A stretch of 64,000 nucleotides of DNA from Eledone cirrhosa (taxonomy: Eukaryota), in assembly GCA_964016885.1 (NCBI GenBank), contig OZ024750.1:20336001-20400000 (forward strand), read 5' to 3'. Of this stretch, positions 42,510 through 56,953 are shown in pieces; the stretch's first letter is position 1, and every line of letters begins with the position of its first letter. Both the position numbers and the translations under genes were made by a program. The notes under the pieces were generated by a model. The model was not told the origin of the DNA, searched no databases, and saw only the letters and a list, made by a program, of their open reading frames with translations.

Positions 42510-43614
42510 TATATATATATATATATATATATTCTAATTCTTACTTTCGACAAGACAATATAAATTACATTAAGTAAACATTTTCAGCATTCCGGAAAAG
42601 AAGCTGGTGTGTATTTCTGAAGCTGCCAACGTAGAAACAATACCTTAACCAATAAAATAAATTATAAGCATAGGCAAGAGCATGCAATTTAATGTGTGCT
42701 CCTAATTAACAACTGTACAGTACTATGTATTCAGGAATGGGCATTAATTAAATAACAATTACATTATTTAATAAATTTTAATTAAGGGAGGCATATTATA
42801 CAAAAACTGCTTGTATTACATATAAATATGTCGTATATTGTACGTTTGTTTAATATATTTCATTTTTATTTGTATAAACAACTGTAAAAAATATGGTGTA
42901 TTAATATACAAATATCTTCATTACCTTTAGGATCGGAAACAATATATCAATATAAAAGAAAGTTCTGTGTTTACAAAAATGGAATATTTATGTAGGCTTA
43001 CATATACTTTCAGAATAAAAAAATATATTTGTTTGGTAATTAAATAGTGTATTTCTTGAATGTATAAAGATAAGAAATCCCCACGCAAAAAAATAAACAG
43101 CGTTTTAATTGAACCTGTATAACTGCGAAAGTGACATATTTAAATATGAGTTGAAATAGAAATGATCATATTCTCGATCATAAATATTTGGCCCATGAAG
43201 TTTCTTTGCTCAGCGATGTGAGTTAATGTCACCCAAAGATAGCCGATTGTATCAGTAGAAAATATAGTCTTATATGGTGATCAATACTACTGACATTAAG
43301 TTGAAGCACTACCAAAGCTTTTGTAGTTAAATTCTCATTAGCCTCCTTCAATATGATAGCATTGTATCCCTTAACATTGGCATATTACATCGTAAATTTC
43401 ATACAGAGTATGGTGGAGCGGGGTGTATCATGTCAACACGAAGAGAAATAACACGTTCTGAATGTTTTCTTAATACTATCCATAAACACTCATGGTCTAT
43501 GGGCATTCACTCTTCTATTCATATTCATATGTGACGTGCGTTAATTTATCCTGCGTATTCAGTAGAGGTGAATTTGTAAAGTCATTAAATCACAGAGGTA
43601 AAGTTAGCTTTCAT

Positions 43615-43929
43615 TATTTTGAGTTCAAATCCCGCCGAGGTTATCTTTGTCTTTCATCCTTATGGGGTCGATAAAGTAAAGCACCAGTAATATACAGGGG
43701 TAATTTCTGGCCTTGTGCCCAAAGTAGAAACATTTATTTTTAGTGGTTTGGCACTATCGGTAGAGGGTCGGACGCTATGCTTTGTAGCAAAGAGTTACGG
43801 CCACTTATGGTCTGAGTTGAAATCCCTCCGAGGTTTACTTTGTCTGTCATCCTTACTAGGTCGATAAAATAAAGTAGAAGTAATGTAGTGGAATACTTGC
43901 TGGCCTTGTGCCAAAAAGTAGAAACAATT
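43615..43929 (+). mobile_element. Tandem SINEs (43615-43733 and 43744-43929)
   Basis: Two core/tail matches. Confidence 0.88.
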
Positions 43930-44389
43930 ATTTTGAGGTAAAAATATAAAGCATTACGTCATTACTAGCCTCGCTTCTTAATGATTATCCTTCTCTAACT
44001 ACTTATTTCTCCTCTGTGGTCAGACCTGAGGAGAGGGACGATAGGATACCTACGTCTCGAAAATTTAGTGTTCTTGGATAGAAGTACGGAAATTGAAAAG
44101 TACGAACATGTGTGTGATGAAGCAATATCCTACCCTAAGGCTTGAGAAAGATTTTTCTATGCAGAACTACAGTGGCTGGTTGTTAGCTTCATCTAATTGC
44201 CTCATTATCCATAACTATTTCCCAGAAATTGTACTTCAGTATGTGTCTTTTAACATGCTGAAAAGTGAATCTTCAGTTTTTTAACCACAAATCATATACC
44301 GATTAAGAGGTTTTCCATGACATCTCAAATCCTTATTTTTCTTCTTCGCACACTTATTCCCGAGAGAGTCAATGAGACAGAGTCCTCAA

Positions 44390-44610
44390 ACACCCATTCC
44401 AATGGGTCCTGTCAGAAGCAACCACTGATCCAACTGGATGCACAAGGGGGACCAGCCTGACTCATGGATGTTATCCAACAGTTTTGCTCGGGGTCTACCC
44501 TTATGTATCTTCGGTATGCGACAGAATTTAATAGTACATGCCATAGCATCTATAGGAATAGCAGCATACGTGATGATCATGGCACACCCAAACCCATCAA
44601 TCAATTAATT
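44390..44610 (-). pseudogene. Possible decayed RTE-type ORF 3' end
   Basis: KGRPRAKLLDNI resembles the RGRPR.RW.D.I motif of RTE-clade C-termini. Confidence 0.4.
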
Positions 44611-45062
44611 AGGATTTTAAATAAACCTAAATGTTTCGATTCTCCTCCATAATTTGTCAATGTTTAAAGCAATCTGAAAAAGATACTCTCCAATACAATT
44701 GGCATTCATCTTCCTGTCCCTATTTTAATTTTCTTCTTTCATTTTAAGACAATGTACGTCATTTCAATTTGATGTCATAATTGAAATATATCTCGTGACG
44801 ACGAACAATGCATCCATTACTTAATTATGAAACAGCAATATCTTTTTAAACATATTTCTACTCAGCTTTACCACTTCCACATATATCGAGAATCAAATTT
44901 AAATAATTTTAACATGAAATTAATTAAAAGAAATATATATTTAAGCTTAATGAAGAACATATATTTCAGTTAAGAAATAACTTAATCAAATTTCAAATTA
45001 TATATATGTCCCACCCTTGCAAGCAGGGAAAAGCGGACGTAAAATGATGATGATGATGATGA

Positions 45063-45103
<41 letters not shown>

Positions 45104-45120
45104 ATTACAGAGAACGAGAG

Positions 45121-45194
<74 letters not shown>

Positions 45195-45502
45195 AGAGAG
45201 TGAGAGTAGATTGAAATCGGTGTTTCAGCATATGTACGAATTGTATGGCATATTACAATTCTTTCGACAAATATACTCTCATATCTGAGGAGAGGTAAAG
45301 AAGAGTCGGGTCCCGCCATTATGATTGTACTCTGGGCTGATCGATGTAGAAACAGGACTAGAACTGTTTCATTCAAGAGAAATCATCAGGAAAGCTTTTC
45401 AGACGACTTCCTTCGAATAAAACTGTTATAGTCCCGTAGAATATTTATATTCTGCTATCTATTGCGTACTTTAGTTAATGTGGTGACCCCCGATTGTACC
45501 TG

Positions 45503-45554
<52 letters not shown>

Positions 45555-45555
45555 A

Positions 45556-45599
<44 letters not shown>

Positions 45600-45611
45600 T
45601 ACACAGACACA

Positions 45612-45659
<48 letters not shown>

Positions 45660-46081
45660 TATAGATAGGTAAATATACACGGGTGTGTATGATTGTGTAT
45701 AGAAGATTATATTAATAAGAGGAATTCCAACTTTGTCTGATTTACTCGTTTTATTTACAATCCTTTAAAATATATATAATGGTATTATAATGAACAACAA
45801 CAACAACAACAATAATAATAATAATAAAAGTGATGTTGATGGTGATGATTAATAGAAAATGCTATTTTCATCATTTCAAAAAAGCAAAACAATTGATACG
45901 TTGGATATGACTATTGGTCGTTAGCATGCTCAACCAGCCGTGACGCTTAAACCAATCAGCTGTAGTAATTCAGTGAAACTACACACTGATTGGTCGAAAT
46001 ACAGTTTACAGGGCTTTGCATTCTGGAGCCACTTTTCTCTGTATAAAATGTATAAAAGGTAGGAAATTTACCCATCTCATT

Positions 46082-46273
46082 ACAGTTGAAAATTGCAAAC
46101 TCGACTGTCACCACATATCATGAACCTGAAGATTGCGAAAGCATGAAAGTACTTGTTCAATTAACACTTAGAATTTAATATTCTATCATACTATTTCATT
46201 ATAATACCATTATATATATTTTAAAGGATTGTAAATAAAACGAGTAAATCAGACAAAGTTGGAATTCCTCTTA

Positions 46274-46277
<4 letters not shown>
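46082..46277 (+). mobile_element. Family H element
   Basis: Copies at 41810-42026(-), 45714-45793(-, tail only) and 59551-59758(-). Tail ends abut or lie near TA repeats. Confidence 0.85.
46121..46159 (+). ncRNA. 39-nt minimal hammerhead motif (family H)
   Basis: TGAAC-CTGAAGA-T-TGC-GAAA-GCA-T-GAAA-GTAC-TT-GTTCA: helix I 5 bp, GNRA-capped helix II, palindromic helix III AGTACT. Confidence 0.75.
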
Positions 46278-46317
<40 letters not shown>

Positions 46318-46448
46318 AAGATAGATAGATGATAGATAGGTTGCTATGTATCATGTGATACAGAAAGTACTTCTACAGAACTGGAAATGTTTGAAATTAT
46401 TAGGATTGATGAATTTATACGAATGGAGCAATTTCAGTCAGGCAGAAT

Positions 46449-46526
<78 letters not shown>

Positions 46527-46843
46527 AATAAATATTTATATCTTCTCTCTGAATACGTCGGGTAATTAATTTAACTGTAGATTCTAACGGAAACTCTTCA
46601 GAAAACCATTCTTAATAATATTGGTATTAATGAAAGAAATAAGGAAATGTCGAAAGTTTGGAAGGCTGTTGCGAAACGCAGATAATAGCAATGAGAAAAT
46701 ATCAGACTTAATATCATTTCATTGCATACAACATACATGAGGAATTCCATTTCCCATGACATTTCACAAGGTGGGTTTGCGGGAGAAGAATCACATTCTA
46801 ATGCACATTGTTATCGTATGTATATACACTCAACATTTGTATG

Positions 46844-46915
<72 letters not shown>

Positions 46916-47050
46916 AGCATATTCTACAGTGGATATGGCGCATGTCTCTCGGACATGACACCCTTAATTTAATTTTGGATATATATATATAAATATATAT
47001 ACATATATATATATATATGAATGGAATATAGAAATTAATGTGAGCAAGGA

Positions 47051-47114
<64 letters not shown>

Positions 47115-49374
47115 AGGGTGTGTGTATGTGTGTATGTGTGTGTGTGTATATATATATAAGCCGTTAGAAACCTATTATTTACTTATTTCTGCGACATTCT
47201 GAAGGGGATCGGCTTGGCTTGGGTTTGATATTTCTTAGAATCAACTTCATAAATTCCCTGCATATTTCATAAACCGAAGAAAATTACCAAATTCATGGCC
47301 TTATAATTCAATCAATTGCGCCAGAAACAGTGAACTGAATGTGACAAGTTATTTATTATTATACTTAGAAGATTGAATGCAATAAACGTTGACCCCGTGT
47401 AAATTCCGCGATATTAATGTGAAACAACCATCATGTATTAAACATATATGTGACATTTTAATTATTGTGTGTATAAGTTACGTGTGTACACATAAATAAT
47501 ATAATCATCCCAGATTATAACAAAATAAACATTGCAGTTAAGACAACTGGTTGTTTCTCTCACGCATAAACATATTCTTACCACCCCCCTTTCTACAATG
47601 ACTTGTTACCGTATGGGATTAAATATTTATTCATGTGTCGAGCCTGCCACCACCAATCACACTCTACCAAATACACCTACCAACATCTTTCCATGAAAAA
47701 ATGATAGACTTGGATAAAAACATACATCATCACCCCAAACATACTCATCACCAGATTTCCAAAGTGGCCAACTTTCTACATGAAATATTAAACAACTTTA
47801 ATATAATACATCGATAATACCATTATCCTTTCATTTTACAAATGTAACATGGCTCCGAGTCAGATATTTAACGTGCACATCTGCCAACTCTTGATAAGAC
47901 TCACTTACAACAGCTATTCAATACATTGTATGGGTTCTGTAGATGTCTTCATAATTATGTATCCTCACCCCACAAAAGCTTTTTAAATGCTACAATGTTA
48001 TGTAAGCATGTTTCTATTGTGTTTCAGTCCTGATTTCTTTCGTGATGTAACCACTTTTATATTTTTGTGTTTTAGATGCACTCTATATGGATCAATCCTT
48101 TGTAGAACATTATTTTTGTATGCACGTGTGCGGGTATGACGAACAAAAAGTCTCTATTCAAAACTCAATATTACTGTTTTGTGATGCAAATGTTGCTTTT
48201 TAATATTTGCTCTGTTTTATTTTAGTTTTTTTATTCCTCACACGAGAATCCTATACATCTATCTGATGATATTTTTATCCGAATTTCGTGACTCTTGTTA
48301 TTTTGCTTGTTGGATCCCTTTTTCTCCTTAAATCATCTTACGTTGTGATTCCCATAGCAGAGTGTAATATGTTTATTTGACTGGTATTGTCAACTTTAAA
48401 ACCATCTAAATTATGATAGAAAAAAATCTAGTGTATTTCGTGTAAAACGTCGGTCATGTCTCTATTTTTACTAACATGTTATTGGAACAATGATCAACTA
48501 TTTCTCCTTTCTCCTATACTACGGGCCGTCTCACCCATGTAAGTCGTGTTCCTATTCCTACACCGCCCCCGCACATCTTATACTATACACTAAGCTTCTA
48601 ATTTTGCAGTTAATTTGAGGAATTAATTGGCAGACAATATATTTTCTATCAGTGCAGGGAGTTTTCGCAAAACAGGTATGGCACAAGGAATATTCTTTGG
48701 TGAAATAGACATTTTGAATAAAATACAGAAGTAGTAATATGAAAATGAAAATAAATGAAGTGAAAAATGTATCTACATATTTATTGGTAGTAGAACGAAA
48801 GAGATCAGAATTACAAAGAAAAGCCATGCAAAAAAATGACCAAGACATTTGGATAATTCAATAGAATATGCATTATATATCACATTGATGAAGATTGACT
48901 TCTAAATGTTTTGTGATGCAGAAAATTAGATTCTAACCTTATAGTTTACCATACTATCACACACATTTATGTAAGCACACATATGTTCGAATGTGCAGAA
49001 CAAACGCCGTGTTCCCATATATATATATATATATATATATATATGGGGCGGGGAGTGTGTGTGTTTGTAAGCGTGTGTGTGTTTGTAAGCTATTGTAAAA
49101 AATGACATTTTTTATGTGCAGGTCATATTAATGCTACATATATATAGGAGAAGTTATATATAAGGTTATATTCTTAAATCCCTCTAAATGGAAAAGAGAT
49201 GTCGAATGATGTACATGGGAGTCGGCTTTCCGGATGATTTCCTACGAATGAAACAGTTCTAGTCCCATTGAAGCCATTTCTATATTAAATATGTATATTT
49301 TGCTATGTAGTGAGTACCTTACTTACTGTGGTTACCGCCGATTGAACCCGGCATACATACACACACATACGCAA

Positions 49375-49406
<32 letters not shown>

Positions 49407-49420
49407 ACACACACTCACAC

Positions 49421-49478
<58 letters not shown>

Positions 49479-49479
49479 T

Positions 49480-49831
49480 AGAAAGTGAGGTTTTTTTTAC
49501 AAAATGAAAAATAACCGAGGTGTCCTACACGAGTGAAAGTATAAAGAAAAAGAGATGAAATCGAAAATGCAACTGGAGTCTTATTTTTTTTAAAAATATA
49601 TATATTTATTTGGTTCCTTTACCGGTTTCGCAGTTCTTCTGCTTTTCAAAAGGTGAGTTGAGATGGAGGGTCTGTGGATTTTCTCACAGATGTGAGAAAA
49701 ACAACAGACCCTCCATCTCAACTCACCTTTTGAAAAGCAGAAGAACTGCGAAAACGGTAAAGGAACCAAATAAATATATATATTTTAAAAAAAATAAGAC
49801 TCCAGTTGCATTTTCGATTTCATCTCTTTTT

Positions 49832-49838
<7 letters not shown>
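49480..49838 (-). mobile_element. Fold-back element family F: ~149-bp palindrome + tail on the left
   Basis: 49540-49688 vs 49691-49838; tail 49480-49539; (TA)n on both sides. Confidence 0.9.
49616..49653 (-). ncRNA. Variant (U3-A8) minimal hammerhead motif (mirror copy 49726-49763, plus strand)
   Basis: CCTT-TTGAAAA-GCAG-aagaa-CTGC-GAAA-CCGG-TA-AAGG: all three helices pair; GUA site. Confidence 0.78.
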
Positions 49839-49873
<35 letters not shown>

Positions 49874-49885
49874 ATATATATACAT

Positions 49886-49969
<84 letters not shown>

Positions 49970-52900
49970 CTGTGTGTGTGTTTATGTGTGTACATATATA
50001 TGTACGTCTATATAATTATACAGAAAGATATATAAGATTAAATTCTCTGCCTTATTGTACAACACAAATATTAGACATCATTTTAGAAATGACAAATCCA
50101 ATTAGGAATATTTTAATCGTAGATGATCACATGATGAACATATTCTATTAAATGCAACAAAAATTATTTCTTATTAATTGATATGAAATGTTTCGGAATA
50201 TTTTGCAATATTTTCTCCGTATCTCTGGCGCCAAGAACATATTTGCCTTTCGCTTGTTAAAGAAATATTAGTAGATACATATGTATATGTATGTGTGTGC
50301 TAAACATATACTTTCTCAACTGAATAAACTAGCGTAGTGTCTCACACACAAACTCCTGTGTAGTCTGGGTATGCAACTCATGATCTTAAGCTGGTGAGAC
50401 AATCATTCTATCTACAAACCCACCCGTAACCACGGTGTTTTAGACATTACGACAATAATCATAGTTTAAGTCACAGATCTATCAGTATTTTGTAAAAATA
50501 CCAATTAACCAAGATTTATCAAATATCTGCAGTGGTGATACTAATTCTTGTTATCAGTGTAAGGTAAAATTTATTTGTTAGGCAGTTTTTATATGTGGTG
50601 TCCTAGTATCTATTCACATAATTCATGTTGTCGATGTTAACTATGTATTCTCGTTAGTGTTCAGAATTTATTCTTACGCCTGTACAATCTATTTTTGTTT
50701 TGTGATGGAATAGATAGAGGTTAAGAAAATTCGTTTCATTTATGTTAAAGCGAAATTTTTATTCATTTTTGTTTTCTTGTATAGTTTTGATCTTGTGATA
50801 ACAAAACATTGCATGAATTTTCTAAAAGTACACTTTTCATTTTACTATTTTACCTACACGCTAAGCTTATCTTCTCGCCTCCATTCACCCGCTCAGTATA
50901 GATTATACATAGCAACATAAACCTTATCTATTCAGCAATTTCTAAGTTGCTTAAAAACAGTTTATGGCGTCGATTGTGCCCTTACATTCATTTCACAACT
51001 TTCTTTTGATATTTGGCTTTACTTTTCTGGTTCATGGAAAATACTTGCTGACATACATGTGTTGACGTCATCAAGCTACTTTGAAGTATTCTGAAATTCT
51101 AGACATTCATAATAAAAGGAATGTTTAGTCAGATAATTTATAACTTCTAAAAAAGTCTACATATTTGTTAGAGAAATATTGCCGTATTACATCTTAACTA
51201 TAATAAAGAAAGGAGTGCGGGATTGCGTCCAGAATATATTTGTTTACCCCGTTTGTAAATTAAGTTGGATTACTTTGAATAAATAATGAATGAATATTAC
51301 ATAATTTATGTGCTAAATTTCGTGGCTAATGATTAAATATATTTTATAGCTTATTTAAAGATCTTTAAAATTCACTTCTTTAAATGTTTCAAAAGTCAAC
51401 ACTTCCGGTTAGCGGCCGTTATATTATAACACATATAAAAATATCACATATATTTCCGTCGCTAATTTTCTCCTAATGCAGTTCATATATAATATCGTCT
51501 TTTTTTTAATGTATCATGGATTACATTACTGATTACAGAAGACAGAAATGTCTGTGTATATTGTCAATTACGATTTTATTTGATGTATATTATCTACATG
51601 TATATATATATATGTGTATAATATCAATATATACACTACACATACTAGCAGAAAACCACTCGTAGGGTGGTTTCTCTGCTAGTTAGTGTAATGGAATATG
51701 TACATTCATATGAATATGATACTGTCCGTATAATACACAAACAAGGTCTTTCCTCGCTCGGTCATTTTGTTACAATAAGAATTATATATATGTTGAACAT
51801 TTATGTAATATATCCCAGAAATAACTCATTGAAATGTCATTCTTATCTTCAGACACGTCCATGTATCAGTAGTCAGCATATACTATAGAGTATTTATAGT
51901 GCAAATCATTAATTTATCAAATAAATATTTAATATGACGAGAATATTAAGTCATTGACTTTGGTAATAAGCCAAATACATTTTTTGTAATTCAAAACTGC
52001 CTTTGAGCTTCGATAGCTGCACATTTAATTAGAAATATTTCTAGTATTGATTATTCCAAACAATGAAAGATTTTTTAATATTATTAATTAATTACTTTGT
52101 AATTAAAATCGATATTTAGAGAGAGCTAGAGAAGGAATTATTACACTAAATATAATGCATGTAATTAATAAAATGTATACAATTGCATACATACACACAA
52201 ATGCTTATATATACTTGCACATGCCTATATTTACGTATATACATATATATATATATAGGTATATATGTAAATATATTTTATGTACAGGAATATATACTCA
52301 TGTGTGTGTATGCGATATATAGGTGTGTGTGTTTACGCGTATGCTTGTATATGCATCATTTTGTCTGTGTGCGAGTGTGTATCCTATTACTGGTTCAGTG
52401 GTTTCTCAAACTGACAAAGCACTGCGACAATTCGCTTAATTAGTTTATCATTTAGATCTGGTGTTTTATTTTTTTCCATTCTGGTATGAGGTATAATCAA
52501 AGACTGTGAGATATTCACAAAATCAATAACTTTGAGCAGGTTGCTTCTACAAAATTCCTCTCGTAAGAAATTCGTCGAACCGAGATTTACTAGATGCCAC
52601 CTTCCTGATTTCCCGGTAACAAAACTGAACTCAGAATCCAATGATTGCAAAGCAAACACATTAACTTCACAACCTGAAAGTATTTAAGGCATAAACTTCA
52701 TGAAGAAATTCTGCCTCCAGCCCAAATGTTTAGTAATTATTCCCATGAAAATCTACATATTTATACGTAAGTAAGCGTATGAATAATTCCACAAATAATG
52801 AAATTATATTAATCACAAGTAACCCTGTAATTGAACCACTGCAGTGATACAATTAATTGGTTTCAGATTATCGATGATAAGGCTAATTGCAGATTTATTA

Positions 52901-53606
52901 AGTTTGAACGTGTGAAGTTTTACTCGTCATTATCGAAAGCTATTTTTCATCAGACTTTGGAATTAGGTACCACGCATACCAAAATATGTGTGCATAGATG
53001 TAACCTCGCGGTAGCACAAATATAACTTGAATCATAAAACAGTTGCATGGAAGAAGAGGGAACAATATTCATGCATACTTTCATATACTCCTGTTGAGGT
53101 CATAGGAGCGCTTTGGTCGTATAAATATAGATTATGTATTAAGTATTTAAACTAGGTGTAATTCATCCACAACGTGTGAAACTACTATCAAATCCTTCCT
53201 GATAAGGGAAGATAAAACAGCCAACTATTCAGCCAGATTGACTGATAGACAGAAAGAGACCCGACATCATTAATGCATTAATACTTTATCGAGCTCGAAT
53301 CAGTAAAGACCAAATTTGATATCGGTGGTATTTGAACTAAGAGTGGGGAAGGTTTGAATGAATACCACAGAGACTTCTCGTCGACGTTCTAAAATCTCTC
53401 TCGGTTTGCTGTCTTCATACACCAATGTACAAGATTTTTAAAAATAAATTGAAATAGTGTCTATCGGGAAATGAAACAGCACAGGGTTGCTCATTTGTAC
53501 AATGTTTGCTAGAAGGAAACAGCTTATAAATTCTTTATTTTATATTCCCAGGACTTTGAGTGCAATAAGTGAAGCGCTTACGCAAGTTCATGTTCATGAA
53601 TAAACC

Positions 53607-53682
<76 letters not shown>

Positions 53683-54327
53683 ATATATATATATATATAT
53701 ATATGTATCTATGTATATATATTATGTAATTATATTATTTTATGCCTTAAAATATTTTGCGTTTCGTAAGATAAGGGGGAAAAGAAAATGTATTTATCTC
53801 TGAAACGAACTAACATCGTGGAATACGGCTATAGAATTAAATTAGTTTTAAAGATAAGTAGAAACACAGCGTCTGAAATGATGTTAACTTTTTGAAACTT
53901 AAGAGAGGAATGAGCGTTAGGAAAGATAAGCGTTTGAGGTTGTTCTTCTACGATAATCATTTCCCCACCTAGAACCAAATTGAATGCTGAGGCTTCTCAT
54001 TGTTTATTCTTTACTCTAAATTTAACTTTCTTGGAAATAGTGTCTATTAGATATGTGTATGTATTTATAACTTCATGTATTTTGTATGTAACAGTCCTGT
54101 GTAAATCTAAAGAAAAATACTAGCTAACGAAAGAAAATTCGAAATAGCAAACGAAATCTACAAGGCATCAAGATTTAATATATGTGGATATTGTATGTGG
54201 GCTTGTGTGTATTAGTAAATACAGACAAATTTGCAAAACAAAATATAAGTATTTAATACCGGTGTAGAATACAATTAGTTATATAGGTGCTGAGAATAAA
54301 CTGTCTTGTTACTAGGAACTACTTGAT

Positions 54328-54362
<35 letters not shown>

Positions 54363-54450
54363 GTCTGTGTTAGTGTGTATATGTGTGTGTGTAGGTGCAT
54401 ATATATATATATATATATAAGTGCCAACAAAACAGTTAGTTCACCATACC

Positions 54451-54486
54451 GAGAACAATTGTTTCACCTTAGCGGATCTTCAGCTC
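54451..54486 (-). ncRNA. Minimal hammerhead motif (family K)
   Basis: GAG-CTGAAGA-T-CC-gctaa-GG-T-GAAA-CAATTG-TT-CTC. A related degenerate copy lies at ~25075-25140(+). Confidence 0.65.
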
Positions 54487-54809
54487 ATATATTCATTTAA
54501 TGGCTAACGGGTAAGTCTTGTTACTCTGAAGTTTGCGCCGCGCACTCGCAGTATCTTCTAACAATACCACATTATTACCGTTATTATTATTACTGGTTTT
54601 ATGGTTGTTGCATTTGTTATTGTTATTTGGACGTAGCAGGAAACAAATAATTACATCTCAAATTATGCTTTAAATGTGAGCCACCTACCTGTATGAAAAC
54701 TGTAGCCACCATAACCCTCGCGAATTTGTCATAATTAATCACATAACCTTTCTCAAAATATGAAATTGTAATGCAAATATATAGTTAACTGAGCTACATA
54801 TGTTTTGTT

Positions 54810-54947
<138 letters not shown>

Positions 54948-55008
54948 TAAAATAACAGATTAAAGTTTAAGCACCTATGTATATACACCTATATATATAG
55001 ACCTAAAA

Positions 55009-55064
<56 letters not shown>

Positions 55065-55105
55065 CGTTTCTGAATTTGGCAACATGACCCTCCCAAAGTA
55101 TAACA

Positions 55106-55139
<34 letters not shown>

Positions 55140-55312
55140 GTATATATATATATGTAAATATGCTGGGTCCGTGAACTCCTTTATATATATACATATATAT
55201 ATATGTATATATTTATAACCAACATTTAATTAAGGAAGTCATTTCCGAGACATGCGCCATGTCCACCGTAGAATAAGCTCAACGATTCCAATGAATAAAG
55301 CCGATCATTTTA

Positions 55313-55541
55313 TATCAACTAGAAATTGATTGACATATATATATATATATATATATAAAATAAACACATGAAACAATCACAAGGAAGATTAATCATTTTA
55401 AAAGGTATATATATTTGAAGTACTAGTTAAACTTTAATTAGTTCCCTACCTAGCTATGTGTGCTTACACACTTTACAAATTATCCCATGTGATTGTTTCA
55501 TGTGTTTACTTTAGATATATATGTCAATCAATTTCTACTTG

Positions 55542-55544
<3 letters not shown>
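55313..55544. repeat. Imperfect inverted repeat with ~100-bp spacer
   Basis: tatcaactagaaattgattgacat..taaacacatgaaacaatcaca vs tgtgattgtttcatgtgttta..atgtcaatcaatttctacttgata. Confidence 0.8.
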
Positions 55545-55618
<74 letters not shown>

Positions 55619-56053
55619 TGATGTTGTCTGTGTGTGTGTGGCCTCATCTTTTCAAAGTCTATACAAATCCACATTGACTTCAAACTTGCATTTATATAGG
55701 CCTTGCGGTCTAACGATATTAACTGCAGCTTATATTTTCAATTTTCTGTTGTTAAAGGGGTGTTAGACGCCAGTTATCCATCTCAGTCGCGCTCTTATAA
55801 TATATGTCTGTATGCCTGCTGTCTGCATTACGACATTCTGACAAACATTGATGACGTATTATGTTCGCTATTATCCTTTCATTGCCAGGGAACGTCTTCA
55901 CGAACCACAGTATCGTCTTCCTGTTTACCTTCGGTTGCAACGATTTTCGAAATATTTCCTTCTGCGTTCATAGATTGATGCTTTTAGTTTGAGCTGATGC
56001 CGTTAAGGGTGAAAGCAACGATTCTTTGCTTAAGCTTTAATCTGATATTTTAA

Positions 56054-56762
56054 TCTATATATGCATATATATATAAAACTGAGGAAGTATGTATGTATGT
56101 ATGTATGTATGTATGTATGTATGTATGTATGTATGTATGTATGTATGTATGTATGTATGTATGTATGTGTGTGTGTGTGTATGAAACGCGACGTACCCAA
56201 CCAATCTTTTTCAAACTTTACATGTGTATTACTTATATTTCAGGGAGTTTTATGCACATGAAAAATTCTACTTTTTGATCCCTTAGGTGAAAAACTGCGT
56301 TCTTTTCCAGCTTTTTATAGATTTTTTTAGGCTTTACGTGAGACCGATTTCCTTGAATTTGTAACTATGTATTAGCCAGTCTCTTTATCATACAGTGAGC
56401 AAAGAAAATTCAACTTTTTTAAGGCCTAGGGCCCATATTAGCTGGAAAACTTCAATTTTTTCAGCTTTTTATGGTTTTTCTGAGGTGTTACATCTAGCCG
56501 ATTACCCCGAAATTTCAAGGTAATCGGCTAGATGTAACAAGCAATAAGAAAATTCATTTTCCTGATTCCCTAGGGCCCGCATTAGGTGAAAACCTGCTTT
56601 TTCCTGCTTCATCGAGAAAAATCTTAGATTACCCAGTCATCAGAATATTCGGTTTATTTTCTTTACATATTGTCCAGGCATGCAGTTTTTCCAGGATTAG
56701 GTCTGTTGGCGGCCCGCGTTCCAAAATACCTTATCCCGTGCAACGCCGGGTACCACTGCTAG
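56054..56762 (+). mobile_element. Non-autonomous Helitron (~710 bp)
   Basis: A|TC start, 5' (TATG)n tract, internal subrepeats (tagggccc..attag), subterminal hairpin cccg-tgcaacgc-cggg, CTAG|T end, no TSD. Confidence 0.85.
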
Positions 56763-56880
56763 TATATATATATTTCCTTTGCAAATTTCTAAACAATATT
56801 ACAGCAATATGACCCTTCAAAAGTATAACAATATATATATGTAAGTGTGTGTATGTGTGTATGTGTGTGTGTGTGTGTGT

Positions 56881-56953
<73 letters not shown>

